Assembly (NCBI RefSeq): GCF_001194135.2 | Contig: NC_068985.1 | Span: forward strand, 18,581,546-18,645,545 | DNA length: 64,000 bases | DNA from: Octopus bimaculoides | Taxonomy: Eukaryota | Reading direction: 5' to 3' | Shown here: one piece after another, positions 50,156 to 62,526 of the stretch | Layout: each line of letters begins with the position of its first letter | How positions within the stretch are numbered: the stretch's first letter is position 1 | Notes under the pieces: generated by a model | What the model was told of the DNA's origin: nothing | Database searches by the model: none | The model's input: only the letters and a program-made list of their open reading frames with translations | Position numbers and translations under genes: made by a program

Positions 50156-53100
50156 CAAGAAAGCAAGATAGTTCAATACTCAAACATCAAAAGGTGATCT
50201 TAAACAAGCAGATGAGGCTTATTCCAAAATGTGTGACAAGGTGTCTATTCTGGCTCTAGCATCAGGGGTCTTAGAAGACAAAGTTATCTTTGCCATGAAC
50301 AAATACTATTTTCAAATAATAAAGTTCCTATACAGAAATCTGTCACTATAATGGTTGGTGCATAGAAAAAGAAGAAAAAGTTTGTTACTATAAGAGAGAT
50401 AGCTGTGCTTATTCTAGATTAGCCATCAAAAAATCTTTTCGAATGGAAGCAGTTGAAATAACTTCAAAGGTTTTGAGTTCAGCCACCCTGCACAGCACCT
50501 TGGGCAAGTAAGTTCTACTATAGCACCAAGCCAACCAATGAGTGGATTTCGTAGATGGAAATTGAAAGATGCCCATCGTTTATTATATATATATATATAT
50601 ATNNNNNNNNNNNNNNNNNNNNNNNNNNNNNNNNNNNNNNNNNNNNNNNNNNNNNNNNNNNNNNNNNNNNNNNNNNNNNNNNNNNNNNNNNNNNNNNNNN
50701 NNNNNNNNNNNNNNNNNNNNNNNNNNNNNNNNNNNNNNNNNNNNNNNNNNNNNNNNNNNNNNNNNNNNNNNNNNNNNNNNNNNNNNNNNNNNNNNNNNNN
50801 NNNNNNNNTATATATGCATGTCTCGTTATCTTGACATCATGTGATAGTTATAAGTGGTGTAATTCATTTCCAGTCTTCCATAAAAGATGTCCAATGAAGG
50901 GGAACTACTACTTTGCTAGGAAACAGGTGAGAGCTGACAGAAATGGCATCCAGCCGTAGAAAACCTATCCTAAGGAATTCCGTTTGACTCATGCAAACAT
51001 AAGAAATTGAACGTTAACATATGTGGTAATCAACTTCAATATTAAATCATATTTATTACCATCTGAGCCAATTCATGTCTTGCTATATATTGGTTTTAGG
51101 AAGAAAATTCACACGGTTTTCCCCAATTATATACAGACTTCGATCTCATTTTATTTTCTATCTCAGGTAATAACTATGGTTACTTTTGCATGGTCAGTTT
51201 TCAGGAGAGAGCTTGATGAATTCGTAAATTGTCCTTTCTATTGCCGCGATCAATTCAAATTGTTTTCAAACATTATTCCAACATCGAATATTTGACAACG
51301 AGTTTAATGAACCTTACGTGTGTGGGTGAATATGTCAATGCCGATCAAGTTGTGATGACAAACGATATATGGATCACGAGGTCTGTACAATTATCAGCTG
51401 TAATTCAAGATGGCCTACCTCTGAACGACGCTAAGACAGGTAACGGACCAAAGTTTCCGAGAATATTAACTATACAATTTTATATCTTTATTGAACGATC
51501 TCGCATTACAAACTAATGCTTTATGCAATAAAACGGTAAAATTGAATAACCATCGAACACAGTTTCTTGTTTTTGTATTGGGACACACAAAGATTTACAG
51601 TTTAAAACTTGATTTAAGTAGTTCTGTTTAAAGACACGACACGACTTAACATTTTGTCTTCAGAAAATCAAGCTTACAAGGTCCAAGATTCTCAGAGTTT
51701 TGCCTGATTATCACTAAAAGGAGTGACGCCTGAACTTCTTTCCAACTGGAGATTCAATACCCACCCCTTTCCCCATTCAGTGATGATTATACATAAAATT
51801 TAAAGACCTTGATTAACTGAAATAAAGTTACCGTTAAATTAAATCGAATTAGCAACTAATTGATCTGGAAATTTTTATCTGATCAAAAACAAACCAATTA
51901 ACTATATTTAATACCCAATTAAGCCATTTCATCAATGCCAACAATAAGGACAATTGTATTTTAAAATATAAATTTACAAATAGTGGAATCACAATTTTCC
52001 CCGTCAAATGATTTTTTGATATTAATTAGGATTACGATACATTGTAAGAAAATGCTACAAGATAAAATTATAAACATTAATGCAACAACAACAAAAAAAT
52101 CTTGAATTGATGTCAAAAAATTCCTGTAGAAAAATTAAGCTAATTGAAGATCATTGTTCTTTTTTTTTGTTGTTTTTTTTTTTTTTTGTTAACTTGTATT
52201 GCTTGCCACTCCCATCCTGCTGGACAGGCTATGGGAGATGTCTTTCTTCCTTGACACCAAATTAAAGAAAAAAATGTCGATTTGTTGACAAAAAAAAAAA
52301 AAAAATGATTTTACAGTTGAATGCTTTGAAAGTGAAGCCAGCAATGATTTTCCCAACTGAATACCTATAAGTATTTGACAAATACTGAATTGACAAACAC
52401 GTTTGAACCAAAAGGAGAAAAAATAAGATTTAGTAATATATGTGAATAGTGATGTAACTAATAGTATATTTCTGATAGTAGCAAGACTGAATAAAAAATA
52501 AAATGAAATTTTTGAAATTCGAATAATATCATTCCAAAACACCCTATCTAAACAACTAATTAAAAATGTATCTAATTGTTTGACAAAGGAAAAAATGTTT
52601 TGAGTGTATTTGTAAATGAAATTAAATACTTTACTTTCATTTCTCAATAAAGAATTTATTAAAATAGTTCAACTTGTAATATCAACCAATGATTATAATA
52701 AATCACCTTGTATTTCCTTAATTCTAGCGAGGAGTAAAATATTAATTGCTTTTAATTGCCTAATTGCTTGGGGTTTTAAAGAGTTGAAGTGTACGGCAAA
52801 ATGTGGCGAGAAAATTTAGGATCGACGGGATAGTGAGAAAAGATGCGACTTCAAGGAGATCGATAATGAAAAGAGAGTGGAAAATAAAAGCCGCAAACTG
52901 AAAGAATTGAAGATACAGCTAATTGAGATAAGCGAAGAGAAAAAGAATTATTGAGATGAGGGAAGTTAAGATGAAGTCAACAGAAAAGAAGAAAAAAACA
53001 GCTGGAGATAAAGAATAAAAACAAAAAGTTAAAAACAAGCGACATTAAGTCAGAATAGACGAGAAAAAGAAATAGAGTTATGAGAAATAACAAAAGAAAA

Positions 53101-54776
53101 GAAAGTATTCGAAGATGATCGGAAAATGAATAGCTGCCAATGTTCCTCGGATTGGCAGATTGAACCCATTCCATTGCACCTTCTCTGCTACTAATTATCT
53201 TTGAGAAAAGCATTAGCAACATAACTTTCTATTTAATACCACTATATGACACAGGACATTGTGCCCTCATATTATAAATAACATTGAAGTCAGGAAGACT
53301 ATCATACGCAGCCTTCGAAGATGAATGAGTAAGACAGTTGTGAGAAGTTCCGATAGAAATGAAGTTATAATTTATCATTCGGAAGAGTATGCTTGTAACA
53401 CTGGATCTGATTCATTGAAGGGTTATTTTGTAACTAAAATCATAGCTTTTCTTTTACTTATCAACAGCAATTATTTCCTAATTCATTTTTTAAAAAATAA
53501 GCAACCTTTACTGAGCAAAAAAGAAAAAAACAAGATACTATATATCTAACCATTATAAACCAGAATATATCACGGAATAAAATTAGCAAGATTATGAATT
53601 TCATAAATAAAATAATCTTGTGTTTAAACATGGAGGTTCAGATAAATTGTCAAAGATCACTTGGAACATTTAAATACAGATAAATGTCAGGATTTTCTTA
53701 CAAAAGACAATAATTGTTTTAAATTAGAAAGAGCATGCAACTGGAACAAGCTTTCATGCTAAATGGAAACAGTAGAGTATAGTGCCGTTCACCGTCTATT
53801 AATTTACTAGTTCGATACTAGCTAGAGTAGTTCATTGTTCAAAGCAGCTAATTAAATGTAGAATGAAACAACCCGTGAGTTTTCATGCATTTTACAGCAA
53901 ACCCTCCATTAAATTGAGAGAATGAAAACGTAAAAAAGACGGTGGTGTTCGCATTTTAAAAATTAAATTCTGAACAAAAGCATCTCTTTTTTTCCGCCAC
54001 CAGATGTGACACTATCAATGAAAGAGAAAGAAAGAGGGGTAATTAATGCAACAACTAGGGATAAGCGATTTTAAAAAGCAAGTGGATATTTCATACAAAT
54101 ATACTTTTAATTCGCCCTCAATTTTCAACTGAATTTACACTAACATGAAAATAACTCGGTAAAATTTTAACCCATCGATTTTAATTGCTTCTAGTGTTCC
54201 ATTTTATTCGCCATATAGACATACATACATGCTATGGATTTCGATTTTAAGGCGGGGCACTGATTCATGATTGAATTACCCACAATAAATAAATATAAAA
54301 ATACCTAAATATTTCATTAAAGACAGGCAAACAGATCAGTTCAAATGGTTATTCATAACGAAAATATATTTATAAGTGACACTTGCATTCCAGTTACTAA
54401 CAGTTTTGTACGATGACACGCACTACAGAGTTGTTTTGCACATCAGTTCTTGGGTGAATTTTTCTAAAACTACACCAGCAACCCGACAAATTTTATATTA
54501 AACCCTGAAATATCAGTATTACAATAATAAAATTAAAAAAAACAAGTATTTTTTTGTTCTAAAATCAGAAAATAAGATATTTAATATTTCTTAGTGAAGA
54601 TTGATATTAAACATGTTCTATCGTTTATCGCCGAGTAAAATAAAATAAATTTCAAATGAACGTAAAAAATTTGAAATATACAAGTGACAGAAAAAAGATT
54701 TTTTAATTGTTTATGTAAAGGGAAACTGATTGTAACATTTAAAGCAATCTGGAAAACAACGCTTTTCGCACAAGCA

Positions 54777-54813
<37 letters not shown>

Positions 54814-55394
54814 NNNNNNNNNNNNNNNNNNNNNNNNNNNNNNNNNNNNNNNNNNNNNNNNNNNNNNNNNNNNNNNNNNNNNNNNNNNNTAGTGAGTGAT
54901 AATGTATTTGCACGAACATGCAAGTCTCCACACATATATATAAGCATATGTGCATGTTAAATTAACCGAGAGCGAAAATGAATAAGTAATAAATAGAAAA
55001 TGAATAAAGCTAAAGAAACAACTGTCACAAACAGAACAAAGAGGATTCACTTTTATTTTCTATCATTTCGTATTGTGAGTTAATCACGCACTTATCTTAA
55101 CATATCGTTGATAACATGACTCCATTGTACCAGTTCCTTTCATTGACAAATAGATTTTATTTGACAGAGGTTTCGATTTAATTTTTTGAGAATTACTTTT
55201 TCAATCTTTATTAGTAATATTCCTTTTAAATAACTGCTTGAAAAACAAGCGCATTTAATCTATTACGATAAGTGTTTATTTATAGGATTAATTATAGGTT
55301 TAGGTAATATTTTGAGGATGATCGATTTCGTATTAAATATCTGTGAACATAAGAGAAAAATGTTTCCTAATTTTTAATAAATCAAAACACTTAC

Positions 55395-55460
55395 CCAAAA
55401 TAAAAAGGTGAAACATAACACACACAATTTGAGACAGAACGATTTTCCTTCAAAACCCAT
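55395..55460 (-). CDS. Candidate N-terminal coding segment MGFEGKSFCLKLCVLCFTFLFW (signal-peptide-like), phase-0 donor
   Basis: caaaATGG start context; 66 nt open exactly to the GTAAGT donor; basic residue followed by a hydrophobic stretch. Confidence 0.4.
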
Positions 55461-55773
55461 TTTGGTAAACAATCCGTATATAAAGGTGAAAGAAAAATAT
55501 TTAAAGCTATTTCACATTTTTCATGGAAAGAGCCTTTAGAAAGTGGTCTACCACACACGGAAGAAAGCTAGGTAGGGGAGAAGTAGTAAAGAAAGTGGAG
55601 AAAACGGGTGCAGTCGTCAGTTTACTGTAAGAAGTCAGTTTGAGCGTGTCAGGAAAGTAGTAGTAATTCTGGATGTAGTAGCTGCTGCTGCAACGGCGGC
55701 TAAAAGATTGTAGTAGTCAGCAGGCAAGCGCGACACAATGATAGAAACTTAATAGTTGAACGCGAGGAAAACT
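55395..55773 (-). other. Candidate first exon (5' UTR plus first 22 codons)
   Basis: Unique CpG-rich sequence with CTA/GCA triplet runs; ends at TTTTGG|gtaagt, a consensus donor. Confidence 0.5.
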
Positions 55774-55775
55774 GA
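55770..55775 (-). promoter_or_regulatory. Initiator-like TCAGTT (predicted TSS A at 55,773), no TATA box seen
   Basis: Minus strand reads ...cattCAGTTttcctcgcg...; matches the invertebrate Inr TCAKTY. It lies at the edge of a CpG-rich unique segment. Plus-strand TCAGTT motifs also occur at ~55,617 and ~55,635, so direction is not certain. Confidence 0.35.
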
Positions 55776-57029
55776 ATGAGTGCATGTTCATTAAAGCTAT
55801 TAGATGCTTCAAGTGTTAACTATTTTCAAGTATGGGTGGACATACAAATCATTTAGTTATTAAGATTTTTCAAACCCATCTTTCATGTAAGTTGTGGTTA
55901 TTCAAATGTTTCGTTAAACCTTATAGGTGCTACTAGTATAAAAAGTACTTTTTATCTAAATAAGCAGTTCTCCATAATTTCACGAAATTAAGACTAATTA
56001 GTTTTTAAGGTACCATAAGTGAGATATTTACAAAACCAATTATTACATCATTTTATTTTTTCCTCTCCTTATTTTATCGAAACGTTTAATAGATCCATCA
56101 AGGAAAATCAAGGGTAGTCAAATAACTTTATTCATCCCTGATTTCCTTATCGTCTTTCGGTTCGATCCCACCGCGAGGCACCATGAGTAGGTGTTTTCAG
56201 GTCGACCAATATCTTGTGAGCGGAATTTGCTAAACGGAAACTGAAAGCTAGTTGGTGGGATCGTTCCTGTTCTTGGGTGGTGAACATATCTGAGGATAGC
56301 TTCCCCTATCTGTCTCAGAGACCCTGAAGGGATACATAGATGTTTCCTTTTCTCTCTTGACCAGGCCATTAAAAATTCTAACCTTTTAGTCTATGATAGC
56401 CCATTTCGATAACCAGCAAGACAATACTTATTAACCCTTTCGAAACCTTAATATCAAAAAAATCCTAAATTCTCCGACGCTGTCAATATCACACCAATTA
56501 TCGATAGTATCAGATGATCAGATAGATGTACAAGGAGTTGCGTGATAACAATAACATCTAAGATTGGTTCAATTTCATTTTGCTCCAATGTGAACTGAAT
56601 TTTCTGATAAATATTAATACTTAAGTAACTAATGGAGAACCACCTGGTCGTTTGGATAACAATAAATTCTAAACAAATCTAGTCACAAAATCTTATTTTA
56701 ATTTGTATTTTAGACAGAAGACATTTACCATTCTTAAAATCATGAATGATAAATTTCCATCTCACTTCTGCATGTATATGTTAAAAAAAAACAGTAGAAG
56801 CGGTATGAGGTAGTTTAGTCACGACAAGATTTTATTAAACATGCATATTAAGAGTGATTAGTAATAATGATACGGGTGAAAGTGTCGCATTCTCATGTGG
56901 TTTGTGGAACAAAACAGAACGCAGGAGTTTACCATGGTAGGACTGAATGAGGACGAAATACTGGGGTGCCCAGATATTCATTAAGTGGCTGTCTGCTTCA
57001 TTACCGGTTAAGTCACGCTATTTTAACAG

Positions 57030-57320
57030 ACATATACTTATTGATATTGTTGTTACATAATTGTGTAATGTATCTTGGGGAAGTTGTTTCACTATAGCCT
57101 CGGGTTGAGTAATTCTCTGTAAAATTGGCAGACGGAAGCTCGTCGTCGATAAGCATGTGTGCGTGCGTGTTTCTATGTGATTTTGTTTATATGTTCCGCA
57201 ATTTAGCAGTTCGGTAAATTGAAAACGATAAGTGTCAGACTTGAAACTAAGTACTGAGGTCGATATAAATGACTAAACCGCTTCCAAGTGGTGCACTAGC
57301 ATGGCCACAATCCAAGAACT
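57030..57320 (+). mobile_element. SINE family 1, old copy that retains CpGs (others at ~282-438, 8,925-9,060, 12,985-13,160, 34,800-34,955, 38,790-39,115, 48,050-48,350, 50,440-50,580, 56,130-56,260)
   Basis: Diverged but recognisable core motifs. Confidence 0.7.
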
Positions 57321-57334
57321 GACGTGTGTGTGTC

Positions 57335-57388
<54 letters not shown>

Positions 57389-57667
57389 CAAATGAATAAC
57401 AGACGGTGGATAATTGTCAGCTCATTACATCTGTTTCTTACTCATCTTTTTAATAGACGAATGAGAACATTACTCCATTACAAAAAAAACCGTAATCATG
57501 AGATGAAACGTTATTTTACAAGCAAAAGAATATCCCAAGAATACAGCAGGGACGTGCTGAAATCTGTCGAGGCCAACTGCAATGAGCTGACAATTATGCA
57601 TCGTCTGTTATTATTCATTTGATTATAATAAACCAAGGGGATTTACAACTTGTCAGACCCCCTAGAG

Positions 57668-57793
57668 CAGTGGTTCCAACTTTTTCACTACCAAGGACCC
57701 CTTTTATTTAAATGATATTGAAAGGTCTGTCAGCTTAACATGTTTACGGACTCTCAGTCCTACCTTTGCGGACCACTGGTTGGGGAACCACTG
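57668..57793. mobile_element. hAT/Charlie-type MITE (126 bp)
   Basis: TIR CAGTGGTTCC; perfect 8-bp TSD CCCTAGAG. Confidence 0.92.
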
Positions 57794-58005
57794 CCCTAGA
57801 GTATACCAACAACGTACAATTCAACGTAGCGCGTACTTTGGATCAACCTCCAGGCGCTAAATACTCATAGGGTTGGTTTTCTCTGAAGTACACAATCGGA
57901 ATAGCCTATTTGATACTTACCAACCATAGGCCGGAACTACAGGTTTATCAAACCCTACCTGGTGCATATCTTTCCCAATACCTGATTCTATCTGAATCCT
58001 TATCT

Positions 58006-58047
<42 letters not shown>

Positions 58048-58100
58048 AGCAAAATAGCTAGTCGTAAAATCTCAAGAAGAGATCAGAGCAGTAACTATAC

Positions 58101-58654
58101 CAGTGGTTCTCAAACTGGGGTCCGCGAAGCAATTTTAGGGAGACTGCGAAGGGACACTGAAGTATCGTGAAAACGGGGTGGCTTGAGACAGTTTAAGTTT
58201 TAAAATTTCAAGAATTTCTATTTTTACGCATGCTATCATCCTTTTTGTCGTTGGCCTCAAAAACCCACATCACTCCTACACGCTCATTTACTGATCACAC
58301 TTGTTGTACAAGTACGATTGACCGATAAAAAATATGCGGGTATAACGGTTGATCGTGTGTGCGCTGTCGGTATTTTTCGTTTCAAATTTATTTTCTAACC
58401 AATTGATCAACTGATTCCCCATATTTTCATGTGCATTTATGGTATCCCAATGGGACATTGCCTGGATTAAGTTGTGGTTTTCGGGGTTGTGGGTCTATGG
58501 GCAGTGCGGTTTATAGTCCGGAAATTACGGTACACGAACGTATGTCAGTTTTTTTCTATGTTGATTATCCTGCATTTTATAGGGGACCGCGAATCATCGA
58601 AAAAACTGTAAGGGAACCGGCACGAAAAATTTTTGAAAAGTTTGAGAACCACTG
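58101..58654. mobile_element. hAT/Charlie-type MITE (554 bp)
   Basis: 16-bp TIR CAGTGGTTCTCAAACT; 8-bp TSD AACTATAC/AACTTTAC. Confidence 0.9.
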
Positions 58655-58832
58655 AACTTTACTAATAAATGGCTGTTCCATTAACCCCAAGCAGATAGGC
58701 CGCCACCTGGTTATCGGTGCGACACTGCACCCTATATATATNNNNNNNNNNNNNNNNNNNNNNNNNNNNNNNNNNNNNNNNNNNNNNNNNNNNNNTATAT
58801 ATATATACAATATATACTCTCTCTCTCTCACT

Positions 58833-58875
<43 letters not shown>

Positions 58876-60429
58876 ATTGCTTAAGGTAACAATTATATAT
58901 GGCAGTCACAGCTGGCCAAATCCCTTTGGTGCCCGATTACCAGATTACATTGAAATCTCAGAGGATTGAAATTGTATTAGCAACGTTATAATGCAGATCA
59001 ATGTAGTGAGGCCGATAATCTCTGTAGAAATAGTCTCTGTGAGGTTTTTATAGGAGTAGCCCAGTAGATGATTTGTTCTAGGCCGAAGATTAAAAGCAAA
59101 GATCATCTGAAGTAGGAAATTGAATCAAGACTCTTTTAAGTCTCGTTTGAGAAAATAGATTAGGGTGAATTTAAACTTACAACCTCTCCCACGGGTTCTC
59201 TGTAATGTGAATAAATGAAATTCCATACATACGATTCTGAGCGATTACATATCACATGCTGCTTTCGTCTTTTAATCGCCGGGAAACGCGTTATGTAGTC
59301 ATTCAGAATTGCGTCTAAGGAAGAATCCGAAGATCTAGTCAGAATGCTTGCGAAAGAGCGAAAGCCCCCTCTAAAGGCAACAAATAGATCAGCTAGTGCT
59401 GTTAAACTTGAAATAGATATAATTCATTCGACGAGCTTCCGCTGTTTTTATACACCCATATTTACTAGAGTCATTATCCAAGATCATCCTGATAGGAAGT
59501 GTGGAAGGTAGTCAAAGACGTTTGTGAAAGAACCACATCAAAGAAGAGTCTGGAAACAAGAGCCTGGTTGATTGTAAGCATACGCACAACACAAAAGAAG
59601 GAATTGGAGAGTCTTGGCGAGCCGAACCCCGGCTGATGATAATGTTTACTAGCAATACTACGGTTACAAAGAGAAAATACTCGCCCAAAGTGCTGTGCTG
59701 TTAGACCTAACTTGGAAACGTGATTGCGAAGCGAACTTCCGAACTATATAGCTATGCACCACTTAAAAACACGGTCACCATTATATTTATACCCCAATAA
59801 TAATTTAATTCATCTTTTCTATTCCATAAATTATTTTATTTTATCTATTTTTGTTTCCATTGTCTCTCATCGTCAACAAAAGCAATTAATATGTTGATAA
59901 AGAGGCATTAATTTTTTCTGATCTTTTGGAGCGTTGTTCTGATTTTCCAATCAGCTTGCATCGCCATGTCCCAGTATATTATGAAGTAAGTGTTTTAAGT
60001 GATATAGTTTATTGAATGTTCATGCCATTTAATGTCTATATTCTAAAAAGTGTTTACATATTGCCTATTGAATATAACTTACTTGGACATGTTAGTATGT
60101 GTATTGTAATCTGGCAAGATAATGTATTGGATTGTTCCCTGAGGTACACTTCACTATCAGTGTTTACTATCTCTCGATTTGGTTTGTTATATTTTTTAAG
60201 TAGTTTACTTCAGCTCTAAGCATTGTGTAACGATTATAGAGCTTTCTGACCGAACTTTTTATTAGACCAGCATTATTACTCAAACCATTTTAGCCTCGGT
60301 CCTGTCCAGTTTCGTCTGAAAATTACCATGTATCTTTTGTCACCATTCTATAATCACATCTTGATTTCAAACTGCATGTTATTCTTTCTTACAAAAGGGC
60401 TGTTGTTCTTCAACTACTATTGTTCTAAA

Positions 60430-60875
60430 TCAGATATGGGCAACCTTTTTCGAGAAGCAGGCTGCATGAGACCTGGCTCATCATCAGACAGACCACACTA
60501 TTAAAAAAAAATTAAAGGTAATTTTTTTATTAGGCGTGTCATGTCCCGCATGTAGTTTTCTTGTAATTGCTGTAAACTTTGTTTTCTTTCCTACACAAAA
60601 TCTTTGGTGCTACTTTTTATTCTGACTTTCGGCGTTCAGAGTTCAAATCACGCCGAGGTCATCTTTATTTTTCATTTTTTCAGGGTCGATAAAATAAGTA
60701 CCAATCCAGGGTGGAGGATTGATGGTAAGAACGTCTGACAAGATGCCTAGCTGTATTTGTTCTAGTCCTTTACGTTCTCAGTTCAAATCCCTCTATGATC
60801 CACAAGGCTGGTTTAACATCACAACCGTGAAGTGGTTAGGTCTGCGAGCAGTCTGCCGCAGGTCCGTAGTCTACG
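60430..60875. mobile_element. hAT-type MITE interrupted by SINE pieces and the inverted-duplication arm
   Basis: Left end CAGATATGGGCAACC and right-end-like CTGCCGCAGGTCCGTAGT; nested inserts between them. Confidence 0.5.
60712..60840. repeat. Left arm of a 129-bp local inverted duplication (partner 62,416-62,526 + 62,941-62,958)
   Basis: Manual alignment shows 4 mismatches over ~129 bp, including shared chimeric junctions between two SINE heads and unique sequence. Confidence 0.85.
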
Positions 60876-61200
60876 CTGTGGAATGCCACGTTTAATGAAG
60901 TTAAGCTGGTTTTAAACTTCCCAACACCACGGTAAAGGAAGAACTGTATGGTTGCAAACTGTTTTGTTTTCTTATCAATAAAGAGAGACGACTGATAAAA
61001 AATTAAAAAATACAAATATTGGAGTGTGGGAAATTATCAGTTTGAGAACAGCTAGTATGAAAGATACTCCGTTGGTTCATCTGCTCGCCAGTATATATTT
61101 TGGCGGTGACCACAACGGCGATAGTCAAAGTGGTCTCGCTCAAAGGACAATAGATGCTGTTCGTCTGCTTTTATTATCCCTAGTGGTGGGCGTCCGAGCA

Positions 61201-61238
<38 letters not shown>

Positions 61239-61239
61239 A

Positions 61240-61375
61240 CTACCTTTTCTCATTCTTTTATATTTTCTGATGAAGGACTAGCGTCCGAAACGTCAAAACT
61301 ATTTCCCTTTTTAAGCGTTAAACTCGTCCCTCTTGTGTTGTCTTTTTGTGCTCATTTCCTAACATATATATTGTT
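61240..61375 (+). mobile_element. Probable Penelope-like element pseudo-LTR remnant carrying the hammerhead
   Basis: The CTGATGAAGG...CCGAAACGT motif followed by a T-rich tail is the usual context of Penelope-like hammerheads; no RT or GIY-YIG ORF seen; boundaries approximate. Confidence 0.5.
61258..61302 (+). ncRNA. Minimal type I hammerhead ribozyme motif
   Basis: tatttt-CTGATGA-A-GGAC(TAGC)GTCC-GAAA-CGTC-aaaactat: full catalytic core, 4-bp stem II with tetraloop, palindromic ACGT stem III, GUC cleavage triplet (after 61,294), U/A stem I. Confidence 0.75.
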
Positions 61376-61683
61376 GATGTCATAAGGGTTTTATAAACTT
61401 TTCAGAGAATGTGAAATAATTCTTGGGAGGGGGCAGCTAGTTTCGTACACAAGAGTTTGGGAAAAGCGAGTGTTCTGGAATTGAGTTTTTCCAAAACTTT
61501 CACTAAAGAAACCGATCAGTAAAGTCGGCTGAAATGGATCTTTAATACTATAGTGTGTGTGTGTGTGTGAACAAAACTTTCCTAAACTAGAAACCCTTAA
61601 ATAAGTATTATCCTAGCCATAATTAGAATCCTAATGAAGGACAATCATGCAACAAAGTCACCATAAACCAAGAATCTTTTTGA

Positions 61684-61760
61684 GAGATTGAAGGACAACT
61701 TAGAACAACGAAGGTCAACTTAGATAACTACGAGATTGAAGGACAACTTAGAACAACGAG
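61684..61760. repeat. Short tandem repeat GAGATTGAAGGACAACTTAGAACAACGA x2 with an intervening partial unit
   Basis: Directly visible. Confidence 0.85.
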
Positions 61761-62526
61761 ACACGCTATAAAAAGATTCACTGACAACAGGCACATCAAA
61801 TACATACTCCCATCATCAGCTGCTTATATATATATAAATGCTGTTAGTAAGAAGAGAGGCGGTGGATTCAAAATGTACTATGTTAAGTCTGTTGTTTTGG
61901 GAGCTAGGACTCTAGAGGTTTAATGAAGGATTGATATAGTTGTGTCAAGAGACAGGTGTGACAATGTGAGAGTGATATCGTCTGCATATGAAGCTGAGCC
62001 TGTGTTGGGCAGCACATACTCTAGCTACGTCATTGATGGATGGAGGAAAGTATGCTCAAAGTGGAGGCCTGGTTCGAATGTTTTTAACTGAGTAGACTCT
62101 GCAAAAGGTACCCAAAATGCCAAGTGGTGATGTTACGATGATGAGGATTCCAGTTGATCTGATCAACGGAACAGCATACCCGTGAAATTAACGTGCAAGC
62201 AGCTGAAAATTCCACAGTCATGTGTACCCTTAATGTAGTTCTCAGGGAAACTCAGCGTGACCCAGAATGTGACAAGGCTGTCCCTTTGAAATGCAAGTAC
62301 TACTCATTATTGCCAGCTGAGTGGACTGGAGCAACATGAAGTAAAATATCTTGCTGAAGGACATAGCGCACCGCCGGGAATCGAACTCACGACCTTACAA
62401 TCGTGAGTCAAATACCCTAACCACTTCACGGTGGTGATGTTAAACCAACCTTGTGGATCATAGAGGGATTTGAACTGAGAACGTAAAGGACTAGAACAAA
62501 TACCGCTAGGCATCTTGTCAGACGTT

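Larger units (their letters stand above)
1..55773 (-). other. Putative large minus-strand host gene (5' part only; continues past the left edge); product unidentified
   Basis: CpG-depleted (gene-body-methylation-like) domain to ~51 kb; CpG-retaining promoter-like region; initiator plus strong donor at 55,395; several minus-strand exon candidates with branch point, polypyrimidine tract, AG and GT signals. Inference only. Confidence 0.5.

Noticed and set aside
34204-56965. Other hammerhead-like strings (34,204-34,221 minus; 39,590 plus; 56,943 plus; also 7,278 plus, left of this span)
   Set aside because: Each lacks a closable stem II, the GAAA element or the CUGANGA spacing.
61684-61760. CRISPR-like repeat-spacer pattern (also 23,783-23,847; 29,662-29,737; 49,915-49,975)
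   Set aside because: Only two units each, no unique spacers, no cas genes, eukaryotic context: ordinary slippage duplications.
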